Positions 49,401 through 57,679 of a stretch of DNA of 64,000 bases are shown piece after piece. Both the position numbers and the translations under genes were made by a program. The stretch's first letter is position 1; each line of letters starts with the position of its first letter. This stretch comes from an uncultured Lachnospiraceae bacterium (GTDB lineage Bacteria > Bacillota > Clostridia > Lachnospirales > Lachnospiraceae): the NCBI GenBank assembly GCA_964586425.1, contig CAZPHI010000004.1, forward strand, positions 6,956 to 70,955, given 5' to 3'. The notes below the pieces were generated by a model. That model was not told the DNA's origin and did no database searches. It worked only from the letters and a program-made list of their open reading frames with translations.

Positions 49401-50985
49401 GGAAACCCTGCTTGATAATTACAAACGTTCAATGGATAAGGCTGTGAAAGCATTAGAATATAAGGGTTACACACTTGAGACTATTGAAGCACTGTATTCT
49501 TCTCATGAGATATATGCATGTAAGCCGGAAGTACTTATAGCTATAAAGGATAAGATAAAAAGTTTTGAGCATAAACTCGATGAGATAGAGAATGAGTTTG
49601 AAGCGCAAAGTGCATTGATGAATAGAATTGAAGGTAGTGTAGAACACGGTATTCGACAGATTGAAGAAAGATATGGGGACTATAAAGCATTTGCCTGTGA
49701 CAACGAGACTGAATATGTAAGAGAACATAGTGGTCTTGTTGAACAGTTGAAGAAGGAATCAAAAGACATTGCTGCGCATATGAAGAAATGTGATAGAAGT
49801 GCCCAGGAGGTTGTGATTATGCTCAAAGATCTGGAGCGAATAATCACAAATGCTGGAATTGATAATATTATAAGTACAGGAGAAGCAGGTAATAATTCAC
49901 AGTTGGATTCGAATGATATAGATAGATTCGATCTTGACGAGATTATGGGGCAGCTTAAGAATCTTCGATATGAAGAAGTACTTAAGGAATTTGACAAACT
50001 TGTAAAGCAGGAGAATAAGCGTAAGGATGAGTTCCTTAAGTTCAGAGCAACGCTTGCGGATAAGCTGACAGCACTCAATGGAGGACAGCTTGCAACTGAG
50101 ATTTTACGAAGTGTGGTCGCTCCGGATAATGTGGAGGAAACAAATAACTTAATTAAATCACTTAATGAAACTAATGATTTGATTATTCTTGAAAGAGATA
50201 GAATCGCTAAGAATATTGAGAATATGGAGAAGATTAAGGACAGCTTTGAAAATCGATGCATTCAGACATGCAGCAACATAAAAAGTGAGCTGGACAGATT
50301 GCCAAAATTGTCAACGATCACTATGGATGAGCAGGTGATTTCGATAATTGGACTGCACATACCATATGTAAAGGAAGAGTTCTTCAAGGAAAGAATGTCA
50401 TCATATATTAATGAGACGGTGACTGGGGCAGAGAGCTTCAAAAACCCAGAAGAGAGACTTAGATTTATTCGTAACAGGCTGGCTTGGAAGCGTCTCTTTG
50501 GTGTAATAGTAACAGATATGAATGCGGTTAAGATAAATCTTTATAAAAGGGAAAGAATTATTGACCAATCGCGTTATCTTCCATATGAGGAAGCTGTTGG
50601 TAGTACTGGTCAGTCTCAGGGTATATATATTCAGTTCCTTATAGCAATTATCAATTATATATCAAGTATTAATGCTGATATAGTTGAAACATCTGGAATT
50701 GGAAAGACAATATTCATTGATAACCCATTTGGCGCAGCTAAAGATATATATATATGGGAACCAATATTCAAATTGTTAAAAACAAATCATGTACAGCTGA
50801 TTGTTCCAGCGCGTGGTGCAACACCAGCAATTACTGGAAGATTTGATGTGAATTACATTCTTGGACAGAAGATGGTTGATGGAAGACAACAGACAGTTGT
50901 GGTCGATTATCATAGTCAGATTAAGAATGAAGAAATGGAATATACAAGGCTAGATTTCGAACAGGCAAAACTTGATTTATTTTGA
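46444..50985 (+). CDS. Giant SMC-like ABC ATPase (MukB/MksB/JetC-like): N-terminal head, ~1100-aa coiled coil, C-terminal head
   Basis: P-loop ANGGGKS (46555-46575) followed by LQNLIPNCTLD. Long E/K/L/Q-rich heptad-like middle. C-terminal STGQSQG and TIFIDNPFGAAKD...VQLIVPARG (from 50707). Confidence 0.7.
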   Translation: MPQINRIRVNNVKYNFGNQMYDDFVMRMSGKNTIYDLANGGGKSLLMLLVLQNLIPNCTLDDKQPIEKLFRGNTGNTAIHSMIEWKLDSCYVKDGFKYMTTGFCARKGRGTNDDEARDDAADIQASDAQSNVNASVEYFNYCIFYRQFGDNDLKNLPLSDGNERITYNGLKTYLRDLEKNDFGVKVKIFDRKGDYQNYISQFGLFESQWEIVRGINKTEGHVRTYFESNYRTSRKVVEDLLIEEIIQKSYNNKLGVENDEGEMAQTLIDIKDKLLELSKKHGEMSNFDSQVEAISEFAVKASDFKSIYQRKDELKKHLLAIYQQCYTASSKLDTYSNVLNDRSEAYIQKINYEQQQILIAKVMEEERSLKMIKAQVGETQAKKQQFVESNKKLYEELKLKEAANDYSDYEEYSKKSQEIKAYIDNRLKSKDDILNELRELAEQKYQFDKVEQDVINIKLSDLEEKLNILKSEEQELSNQERENDRKVYSIGDAIDKLKSDIENKESQLAQMQSSGLVLVADDAGEKLAETKAKLDDVKNNIESIKESCSKSDSQVIEYNKIVNRLEALISVIDGDIEGLSQTEEKQNAIKEKIDSMSKIYDEYNPAKLLDIIANGYKSSLLDVNQLGSELEALTAYVERLKRGEYQCDGKQYNQIDDYLRNHYGQDVMTGNEFMATLNVNQRRDVAKRMPGIEYGFVIKGDFDRIKADTRLSNIQGSSYIVPVISENIVYDTKLEINSDMVVLATKNQDFLHDDARLEAELRSSTEELENLSSRYNKLKDRNNLLWEDYTYVLSYCNMIEGDGTDSSLIQLEKQKSQKSAAQTEYAKAKDRLAQAEKNSEKLKADLWKEQEIKDELLADCTQLEKIIELKSDIDNAYVTLKQSQESKKLAANELESARVKLDELKININSLRLEIENFNSKKDVINNEWQQVYSRYYEGKVTDGMSTNSSINKTMDNDEVSRTYVESRFMGLKDIIEKEVSDVSDKETLLDNYKRSMDKAVKALEYKGYTLETIEALYSSHEIYACKPEVLIAIKDKIKSFEHKLDEIENEFEAQSALMNRIEGSVEHGIRQIEERYGDYKAFACDNETEYVREHSGLVEQLKKESKDIAAHMKKCDRSAQEVVIMLKDLERIITNAGIDNIISTGEAGNNSQLDSNDIDRFDLDEIMGQLKNLRYEEVLKEFDKLVKQENKRKDEFLKFRATLADKLTALNGGQLATEILRSVVAPDNVEETNNLIKSLNETNDLIILERDRIAKNIENMEKIKDSFENRCIQTCSNIKSELDRLPKLSTITMDEQVISIIGLHIPYVKEEFFKERMSSYINETVTGAESFKNPEERLRFIRNRLAWKRLFGVIVTDMNAVKINLYKRERIIDQSRYLPYEEAVGSTGQSQGIYIQFLIAIINYISSINADIVETSGIGKTIFIDNPFGAAKDIYIWEPIFKLLKTNHVQLIVPARGATPAITGRFDVNYILGQKMVDGRQQTVVVDYHSQIKNEEMEYTRLDFEQAKLDLF

Positions 50986-51061
50986 CAATTATAGGTCTCT
51001 GTGATAGACTTGAGACATATATGACAAAATGGCAGTTACTATATGCAAAGGTGGCGTTAAA

Positions 51062-54019
51062 GTGGATAAGTATGAATTTAATATTAAACTTGATCAGATA
51101 AAGAAACTGTGTGAAAAGAAGGATTTTAAAACAGCTTCGAAGATTGCTAAGGGAATGGAATGGAAGAAAGTTAAAGACTGGTCTGTACTTTCTATGGTCA
51201 TTGCAGCACATGAGAATGCTGGTGATTATGAAGAAGCAAGAGAAGTTGCAGTTATTGCATATAATAAGAATATGGGCGGAAGACGTCTTGTATACAAATT
51301 AGCAGAGATATGTGTAAAACTTAATGATTTTAATGATGCTAATGAGTTATATAAGGATTATTCTAAGATGGCACCTAGGGATGTCAACAAATATATTCTT
51401 TTATATAAGTTGAGAAAGGCTGAGGGAGCTCCATCAACAAAACTTATTAGAATACTAGAGGAATATAAAGAGCATGAAATAGATGAGATGTATCTGTATG
51501 AGCTTGCTATGCTTTATAGCCAGGTTGGAAGAACAGAGGATTGTCTTGATGAATGTGAAGAGATAATTCTTTGGTTCAGAGATGGTATCTATGTTGAGAA
51601 TGCTATTAAGCTTAAGCAGAAGTATGTAGCAATTACTCCTTCACAGCAGAAGATTCTTGATGATGCTAAGAAAAAATACGAAGAAAGTATGTCTCTTGAG
51701 AAAACAAAGGAAATCAAATTCGAAAAAGCACAGATAGAAGCAAAACAGCATGACGAAATTGATGCTGTTTTCCGTGAGGCTGGAGATACATCACTTTCTG
51801 ATACAGCAGATATTCCAGTTAAGATTACAGCTGAGATGGTAGCTGAAACACTTAGAGGCAATGGAGCTCGAAGAGCTGTAAAGAATGATACAGATATTAT
51901 GGATACAATGGAGTCCGAGGAAGAAGACGAAGAAGATTACGATGAAGATCTTGATAGCTATGAGGATGAGACATCAACATTCATGGGTGCGTCAGGTGTG
52001 TTAAAATCTATATTTCATAAAGTATTCCATTCAGCAGATGAAGATAATGAAGATGATGGAATATATGATAACGTGGAAACTGAGAATGATACCTTGGATA
52101 TAAAAGAGGAAGATACAGATTATTCTGATGAAACAGACGATGCTGATTATTTGGATGATGTGGCAAATTCGGATTCAAATGAAGATGATGAAGAGACGAC
52201 TCCAAGTATTGATTCAGATGATGAAAAGGTGGTTTCAGATATTGATTCAACTGATACAGATACAGCTGATTTAGATTCAGATACAGATTCAGAGGCAGAT
52301 ACAGAAGTCAATGAAGATGCTGTTGATATTGCCGCAATAGAAAAGAATGAAGTTGATGCAGATGAGATTAATATTCAGATAAAAGATTATGGTCCATATG
52401 ACACACAGAATATTCAGGAAGCACTTGCTAAGGCCGTAGGAATAGTTATGGATAATGAGTCAAAGGCTAATCAGGCAGAAACTCTTGATGATAAAACAGA
52501 TGATGAATCAGAGGAAAAACCTGTAGAGGATGAAGTGTTCAAGGTTGATGCTTCAGATGAGGAACCTCAAGAAGAGCAGATTGAAGGTCAGATGAATATT
52601 CTTGACTGGATGGAAGCTGTTCAGGAGCAAAAGTATGGCGGAAGAGAAACTAAAGAATTCTCAAAGGCAGAACTTGAGAAGCTTCTTACTCAAAGAGAGA
52701 ACGAGAAAGAGGCATATAATAAGCTGATGGCTGAGAAGAAAGCACTTGCATTATCGAATGGTGTTCCTTTTGATGAGAGTAAGGCTCATTTGGAAGCTAC
52801 TGCGCAGGTTAATGTAATGGAAGCCAGATCTGATTTGATGTTTAGAGCAGGTAAAGCATTTGCCAAGTTAGAAGAAGAGGCAGCAGCTGTTAGACAAACT
52901 GCAATTAATGAAAGAGAAGCAGAAAAGAATATGACAGTGGTTGAGCAAGCTGTAATAAGTGATGCGGAGCAAGAAGTATTTTCTCCAGAACTATCTGAGG
53001 CAGTCAATGCTGCGAGAGAAGCTGCATATGAGGCTGCAAAGGTAGCAATCGAAGCTGCGACAACAGCTGTAGGTAAATCATCTGAGACAATAGAAGATAC
53101 AAGCCATAATGAAGAAATTAATATATTTGATGATGAATCAATTAATACTGATGATATAGAAGATAGTGATCAGGTTGAGATTGAGGAAGAAGAGCAGGAT
53201 TTATTCGAAGATGAAGATAGTGATGAAGCAGAGGAGGATAATAGCGAGAATGCTTCAATTCCTTCTAGCATCAGACGATTCTTTAAAAAATACGAAGAGA
53301 TGGATAAACTTTACGAGCAAATCGCAGAGTTTTATGTAACTTGTGATAAAGAAGTCAGAAGTAATGATTCAAAGCGTGGTAATCTTATTATTTCGGGTAA
53401 TAAGAGTGCGGATAAAACAAGCTTGGCTGCTAATATTGTAAAAGGTCTTAATACATTATATCCGGATATGCCAAAGCGTGTAGCAAAAACTACTGGTGAG
53501 AGTATTAATCACAAAGGTATTCTTAAAGCACTTCCAAAACTTAAGGGTACAGCATTTATTATAGAAGATGCAGGAATTATTGAGCCTAAGAAAGTTGCAG
53601 AAATAGTTGAGATATGTAATCAGGAAACAGATGGTATGATTATTATTCTTGAAGGTTCGGATACAGATATAGATGTATTGTTAAGCGTTAATCCAGAGCT
53701 TGTTGATAGATTTAATCATAGAATCGTGATAAAGCAGTATACAGTCAATGAATTAGTGGAGATGGCTAAGAGATACGCTGTTAAGAGACAGTATGCGATT
53801 GATGATAGTGCATTGCTTGCATTGTATCTTAAGATTGACAGACTTCATTCACAGAATGATTGTGTAAGCCTTGAACAGATTAAAGAAATAATTGATAGAA
53901 CTATTGTTAAGGCAGAACGAAGAGTATCCAAGAAGATATTCGGAGGTTTCAAGAAGAAACGTAGTGAGAATGGTGATATGCGACTTCTTATGGAAATTGA
54001 TTTTAAAGAAAAAGAATAA
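51062..54019 (+). CDS. TPR-like N-domain, long poly-acidic disordered region, and a C-terminal CbbX/SpoVK-type AAA+ module with degenerate Walker motifs
   Basis: GTG at 51062 is preceded by AAAGGTGG; the ATG at 51029 is an alternative start without an SD. C-terminal module has GNKSADKT (vs GxxGxGKT), FIIEDAG (vs hhhhDE), and NPELVDRFNHRIVIKQYTVNEL (cf. NPGL.SRF...I.F.DY...EL). Confidence 0.7.
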   Translation: MDKYEFNIKLDQIKKLCEKKDFKTASKIAKGMEWKKVKDWSVLSMVIAAHENAGDYEEAREVAVIAYNKNMGGRRLVYKLAEICVKLNDFNDANELYKDYSKMAPRDVNKYILLYKLRKAEGAPSTKLIRILEEYKEHEIDEMYLYELAMLYSQVGRTEDCLDECEEIILWFRDGIYVENAIKLKQKYVAITPSQQKILDDAKKKYEESMSLEKTKEIKFEKAQIEAKQHDEIDAVFREAGDTSLSDTADIPVKITAEMVAETLRGNGARRAVKNDTDIMDTMESEEEDEEDYDEDLDSYEDETSTFMGASGVLKSIFHKVFHSADEDNEDDGIYDNVETENDTLDIKEEDTDYSDETDDADYLDDVANSDSNEDDEETTPSIDSDDEKVVSDIDSTDTDTADLDSDTDSEADTEVNEDAVDIAAIEKNEVDADEINIQIKDYGPYDTQNIQEALAKAVGIVMDNESKANQAETLDDKTDDESEEKPVEDEVFKVDASDEEPQEEQIEGQMNILDWMEAVQEQKYGGRETKEFSKAELEKLLTQRENEKEAYNKLMAEKKALALSNGVPFDESKAHLEATAQVNVMEARSDLMFRAGKAFAKLEEEAAAVRQTAINEREAEKNMTVVEQAVISDAEQEVFSPELSEAVNAAREAAYEAAKVAIEAATTAVGKSSETIEDTSHNEEINIFDDESINTDDIEDSDQVEIEEEEQDLFEDEDSDEAEEDNSENASIPSSIRRFFKKYEEMDKLYEQIAEFYVTCDKEVRSNDSKRGNLIISGNKSADKTSLAANIVKGLNTLYPDMPKRVAKTTGESINHKGILKALPKLKGTAFIIEDAGIIEPKKVAEIVEICNQETDGMIIILEGSDTDIDVLLSVNPELVDRFNHRIVIKQYTVNELVEMAKRYAVKRQYAIDDSALLALYLKIDRLHSQNDCVSLEQIKEIIDRTIVKAERRVSKKIFGGFKKKRSENGDMRLLMEIDFKEKE

Positions 54020-54064
54020 ATGCAATGTACATTGTTATAATAATGTGCAGGACGGAGGAAAATA

Positions 54065-56059
54065 ATGAATACAATTGATACTATGTCGGTAAATGCTATC
54101 AGAGTTTTATCTGCTGATGCAATCCAGAAGGCAAACTCAGGACATCCGGGACTTCCACTTGGAGCAGCCCCAATAGGATACGAGCTTTGGGCAAATCATA
54201 TGAATCATAACCCGGCAGATCCAGAATGGAAGAATAGAGATAGATTTATCCTTTCTGGTGGACATGGATCTATGCTTTTGTATTCTTTACTGCATCTGTT
54301 CGGATATGGCAATCTTTCAATAGATGATATATCTAATTTTAGACAGTTGGGTTCACTTACACCAGGACATCCTGAGTATAAGCATACAGTTGGAGTTGAA
54401 GCTACTACAGGTCCTCTTGGAGCTGGTATGGCTATGGCAGTTGGTATGGCAGTTGCAGAAGCACATCTTGCTGCAACATTCAACAAAGAAGGATTCCCAA
54501 TTGTTGACCATTACACATATGTTCTTGGTGGAGATGGATGTATGATGGAAGGAATCTCATCTGAGTGTTTCTCACTTGCAGGAACATTAGGTCTATCAAA
54601 ATTAATAGTATTCTATGATTCTAATAATATCTCTATTGAGGGAAGTACTGATATAGCATTCACAGAGGATGTTGTAGGAAGATTCAAAGCATTTGGCTTC
54701 CAGACAATTGAAGTAAAAGACGGCAATGACCTTGCGGCTATTGGCGCAGCTATTGAAGAGGCGAAAGCTGATAAGAGCAGACCAACTTTAATTAAGGTTA
54801 ATACAGAGATTGGTTATGGCTGCCCGGCAAAGCAGGGAAAAGCAAGTGCACATGGAGAACCTCTTGGAGCTGACAATGTAATAGCATTAAAAGAGAATAT
54901 AGGATGGCCTTCAATGGATCCTTTCTACGTTCCACAGGAAGTATATGATAACTACAAAGCAATTGCTGCTAAGAAAGCAGAAGTAGAAGATGAGTGGAAT
55001 AAATTATTTGAAAAATATTCAAAGAAATATCCTGATATGCGCAAGATGTGGGATGAGTATTATGATGGATATGACTGCACTGAACTTTTTGAATCAAAAG
55101 CATATTGGGCAGTTCCAGATAAAGCGGAAGCAACTAGAAGTCTGTCTGGTAAGACATTGAATAAGATTAAGGGAATTATGAAGAATCTGGTAGGTGGTTC
55201 TGCTGATTTAGCACCTTCTAATAAGACAAATATGGCAGAAGCAGGTGATTTCTCAAAGAATAATTATGCTGGAAGTAATTTCCATTTTGGCGTAAGAGAG
55301 CTTGCTATGACTGCAATTGCTAATGGTATGATGCTGCATGGTGGATTAAGAGCATTCGTTGCAACTTTCTTTGTATTCAGTGATTACGTAAAGCCAATGG
55401 CAAGATTATCAGCACTTATGGGAGTTCCTCTTACTTTTGTACTTACACATGACAGCATTGGTGTAGGAGAGGATGGTCCAACACATGAACCTATTGAACA
55501 GTTAGCTATGTTTAGATCACTTCCTAACTTTAATGTAATTAGACCATGTGATGCAAGAGAGACAGCAGCAGCATGGCAGATTGCAGCTACTTCGAAGACA
55601 ACACCGACAGCTTTGGTACTTTCAAGACAGAATCTTCCTCAGATGAGTGGTTCTTCAAAGATGGCACTTAAGGGTGGCTATATTATTGCAGATTCAATTA
55701 AAGCAATTCCAGATTTGATTCTTATTGCATCTGGTTCAGAAGTATCACTTGCTGTACAGGCTAAAACTAGACTTGCACAGGAAAAATCACTTGATGTAAG
55801 AGTTGTAAGTATGCCATGTATGGAGATATTTGAACAGCAGCCAGAAGAATATAAGAACAAGGTACTTCCTAATGGATGTCGTAAGAGAGTTGCTATTGAA
55901 GCATTATCTGATTTTGGCTGGGGAAGATATGTGGGACTTGATGGTGCATATGTATGCATGAAAGGATTTGGAGCAAGTGGTCCTGCATCACAGCTTTTTG
56001 AAAAGTTTGGATATACAGTTGACAATGTTGTTGAAACAGCATTATTAATAATGGATTAA
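54065..56059 (+). CDS. tkt: Transketolase
   Basis: SGHPG, GGHGSMLLY, GPLGAG, GDGCMMEG, THDSIGVGEDGPTHEP. Confidence 0.96.
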   Translation: MNTIDTMSVNAIRVLSADAIQKANSGHPGLPLGAAPIGYELWANHMNHNPADPEWKNRDRFILSGGHGSMLLYSLLHLFGYGNLSIDDISNFRQLGSLTPGHPEYKHTVGVEATTGPLGAGMAMAVGMAVAEAHLAATFNKEGFPIVDHYTYVLGGDGCMMEGISSECFSLAGTLGLSKLIVFYDSNNISIEGSTDIAFTEDVVGRFKAFGFQTIEVKDGNDLAAIGAAIEEAKADKSRPTLIKVNTEIGYGCPAKQGKASAHGEPLGADNVIALKENIGWPSMDPFYVPQEVYDNYKAIAAKKAEVEDEWNKLFEKYSKKYPDMRKMWDEYYDGYDCTELFESKAYWAVPDKAEATRSLSGKTLNKIKGIMKNLVGGSADLAPSNKTNMAEAGDFSKNNYAGSNFHFGVRELAMTAIANGMMLHGGLRAFVATFFVFSDYVKPMARLSALMGVPLTFVLTHDSIGVGEDGPTHEPIEQLAMFRSLPNFNVIRPCDARETAAAWQIAATSKTTPTALVLSRQNLPQMSGSSKMALKGGYIIADSIKAIPDLILIASGSEVSLAVQAKTRLAQEKSLDVRVVSMPCMEIFEQQPEEYKNKVLPNGCRKRVAIEALSDFGWGRYVGLDGAYVCMKGFGASGPASQLFEKFGYTVDNVVETALLIMD

Positions 56060-56066
56060 TATAATA

Positions 56067-57305
56067 TTAATGATCAATATCTTTTTTGTAAAAGGTGCCA
56101 CGTACAATGGCACCTTTTCCGTATTTATTACGGATGTTATCTAAGGCTTTATCGAGACTGGCTTGTTTTTGAATGTTATTTTGAGGTAAGCTGCTTTGGA
56201 CGCTGGTATTAGTGATATCCATATCAAAAAGACTAAGTTGAACAGGCTCAGTTTCGGTAGTTAATTTGGTTGTTCTAACACCTATAAGACGTACTGGAGA
56301 GCCATTCCACAATTCCTGATAGAGGGAAAGAGAGTGCTGGTATATTGATTCGGTACTGTCGGAGGCTTGTGGTAAGGTTATCTGTCTGGAACAACTGGTG
56401 AAATCACTGTACTTAATCTCTACAGTTATTGTATGCGCGCGAAAGTTGTTCTTACGTAAGCGAGAGGCAACACTTTCCGATAATTTGAGAAGCACCGGTT
56501 TGGCATCATCTATATTAAGTACATCGGACTCTAAAGTTGTAGAATTACCAACACCTTTGGCTTGTGAATCAATGGGTTCAACAGGAGAATTATCAATTCC
56601 GTTAGCATATTCCCAAAGCATACGGCCATGGCTTTTTAAATGTGGTGTAAGAAGTGCAGGATCAGTTAATGCAAGTTGTCCAATTGTATGGATTCCAAGC
56701 TTTTTAAGTGTAGCAACACTTGATTTGCCACACATAAGTAAATCTTCAATTGGTAAAGGCCACATCTTTTCCTGAATCTCAGATTCGAATAGAGTATGGC
56801 ACAAATCAGGTTTTTTGAAATCAGAAGCCATCTTTGCAAGTATTTTAACATTGCTGATACCTATGTTAACTGTAAATCCAAAAGTGTCACGTACCTTATT
56901 GCGAATTATATTAGCTGCATCAACAGGACTGGCATACTTGGATACATAATTAGTAAAATCCATAAAACATTCATCAATACTAACCTGTTCAATAATGGGA
57001 GAGAAAGTACGCAATAATTCCATAAGTTCATGACTGTTCTTTCTATATAGATTAATGTCAGGAGAATAAACTGAAAGATTGGCGCACTTAAGCAAAGCAT
57101 TATGTACAGGTTCTCCAGTCTGTATATTGAATGCCTTAGCGGGTACTGATTTAGCAAGTACAATTCCGTGTCGTGTCTTCTGATTACCACCTATAATTGC
57201 GGGGATTGTACGAATATCTGTGCTGGTTGCATCCTTGGAAAGCAAATCAACAGCAGTCCAGCTTAAGAAAGCTGAATTTACATCAATATGAAATATAATG
57301 CGCAT
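56067..57305 (-). CDS. dinB: DNA polymerase IV (Y-family)
   Basis: MRIIFHIDVNSAFLS, SIDECFMD, a little-finger region. SD GAAAGGA. Confidence 0.95.
   Translation of the reverse strand: MRIIFHIDVNSAFLSWTAVDLLSKDATSTDIRTIPAIIGGNQKTRHGIVLAKSVPAKAFNIQTGEPVHNALLKCANLSVYSPDINLYRKNSHELMELLRTFSPIIEQVSIDECFMDFTNYVSKYASPVDAANIIRNKVRDTFGFTVNIGISNVKILAKMASDFKKPDLCHTLFESEIQEKMWPLPIEDLLMCGKSSVATLKKLGIHTIGQLALTDPALLTPHLKSHGRMLWEYANGIDNSPVEPIDSQAKGVGNSTTLESDVLNIDDAKPVLLKLSESVASRLRKNNFRAHTITVEIKYSDFTSCSRQITLPQASDSTESIYQHSLSLYQELWNGSPVRLIGVRTTKLTTETEPVQLSLFDMDITNTSVQSSLPQNNIQKQASLDKALDNIRNKYGKGAIVRGTFYKKDIDH
56090..56118 (+). terminator. Stem-loop terminator for tkt, embedded in the 3' coding end of convergent dinB
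   Basis: AAAAGGTGCCA, 7-nt loop, TGGCACCTTTT: a perfect 11-bp stem ending in T4. Confidence 0.5.
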
Positions 57306-57593
57306 AATTATCCTTTCAGGTATCGTAAATAAAAATAATAGTATATATATAGTATAGTTATAGAGGAATTATATGGCAAGGTTTGATTGATAATTTGATA
57401 TATAAAGTAAATCAATATATGGAAAAAGAAGAAATTAAAATGTGCTATATATTGTGTAAAAAGTAGAACAATGTCAAAAAATCTGTAAAAACATTTTGAC
57501 GAATTATTTTGAAATTCACACAAAAACATTAGTAAAAATGGGGCAGAAATGTATGAAAATAAAGTGAAAAACTATGCTTTATGCATTTTTAAC

Positions 57594-57622
57594 TTTACAA
57601 ATAAGTCTGTAAGTGATAATAT
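57594..57622 (+). promoter_or_regulatory. Candidate sigma-A promoter for the LysM/M23 peptidase gene
   Basis: TTTACA (57594-57599), 17 nt, TAATAT (57617-57622). Confidence 0.35.
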
Positions 57623-57679
57623 AAATATGTTACGAAAATATTACAAAATGTAAAAATTAATTTTGCATTTGGAGGAATT

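Noticed and set aside
49680-50261. 193-aa minus-strand ORF inside the SMC-like gene. Similar antisense ORFs occur at 47181-47363, 47909-48103, 49453-49762 and 50921-51211.
   Set aside because: It lies entirely antisense to a strongly supported CDS. Its Ser/Leu-rich composition is the expected mirror image of a Glu/Lys/Leu coiled-coil coding strand. There is no SD and no independent support.
51900-52330. GAT/GAA/ACA-rich quasi-repeats (GATACAGAT..., GATTCAGAT...), considered as a non-coding repeat
   Set aside because: They stay in frame as a poly-acidic D/E/S/T tract of the 996-aa protein. They are imperfect, so this is compositional bias rather than a discrete repeat element.
57306-57520. 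Searched upstream of dinB for a LexA/DinR (Cheo) box, GAAC-N4-GTTC
   Set aside because: The only near match is TAGAACAATGTCAA (~57463-57476), which lacks the GTTC half-site. I cannot support an SOS box.
57308-57529. 73-aa minus-strand ORF in the dinB/M23 intergenic region
   Set aside because: It is an AT-rich promoter region. The translated sequence is Phe/Ile/Tyr-rich low complexity, and there is no SD.
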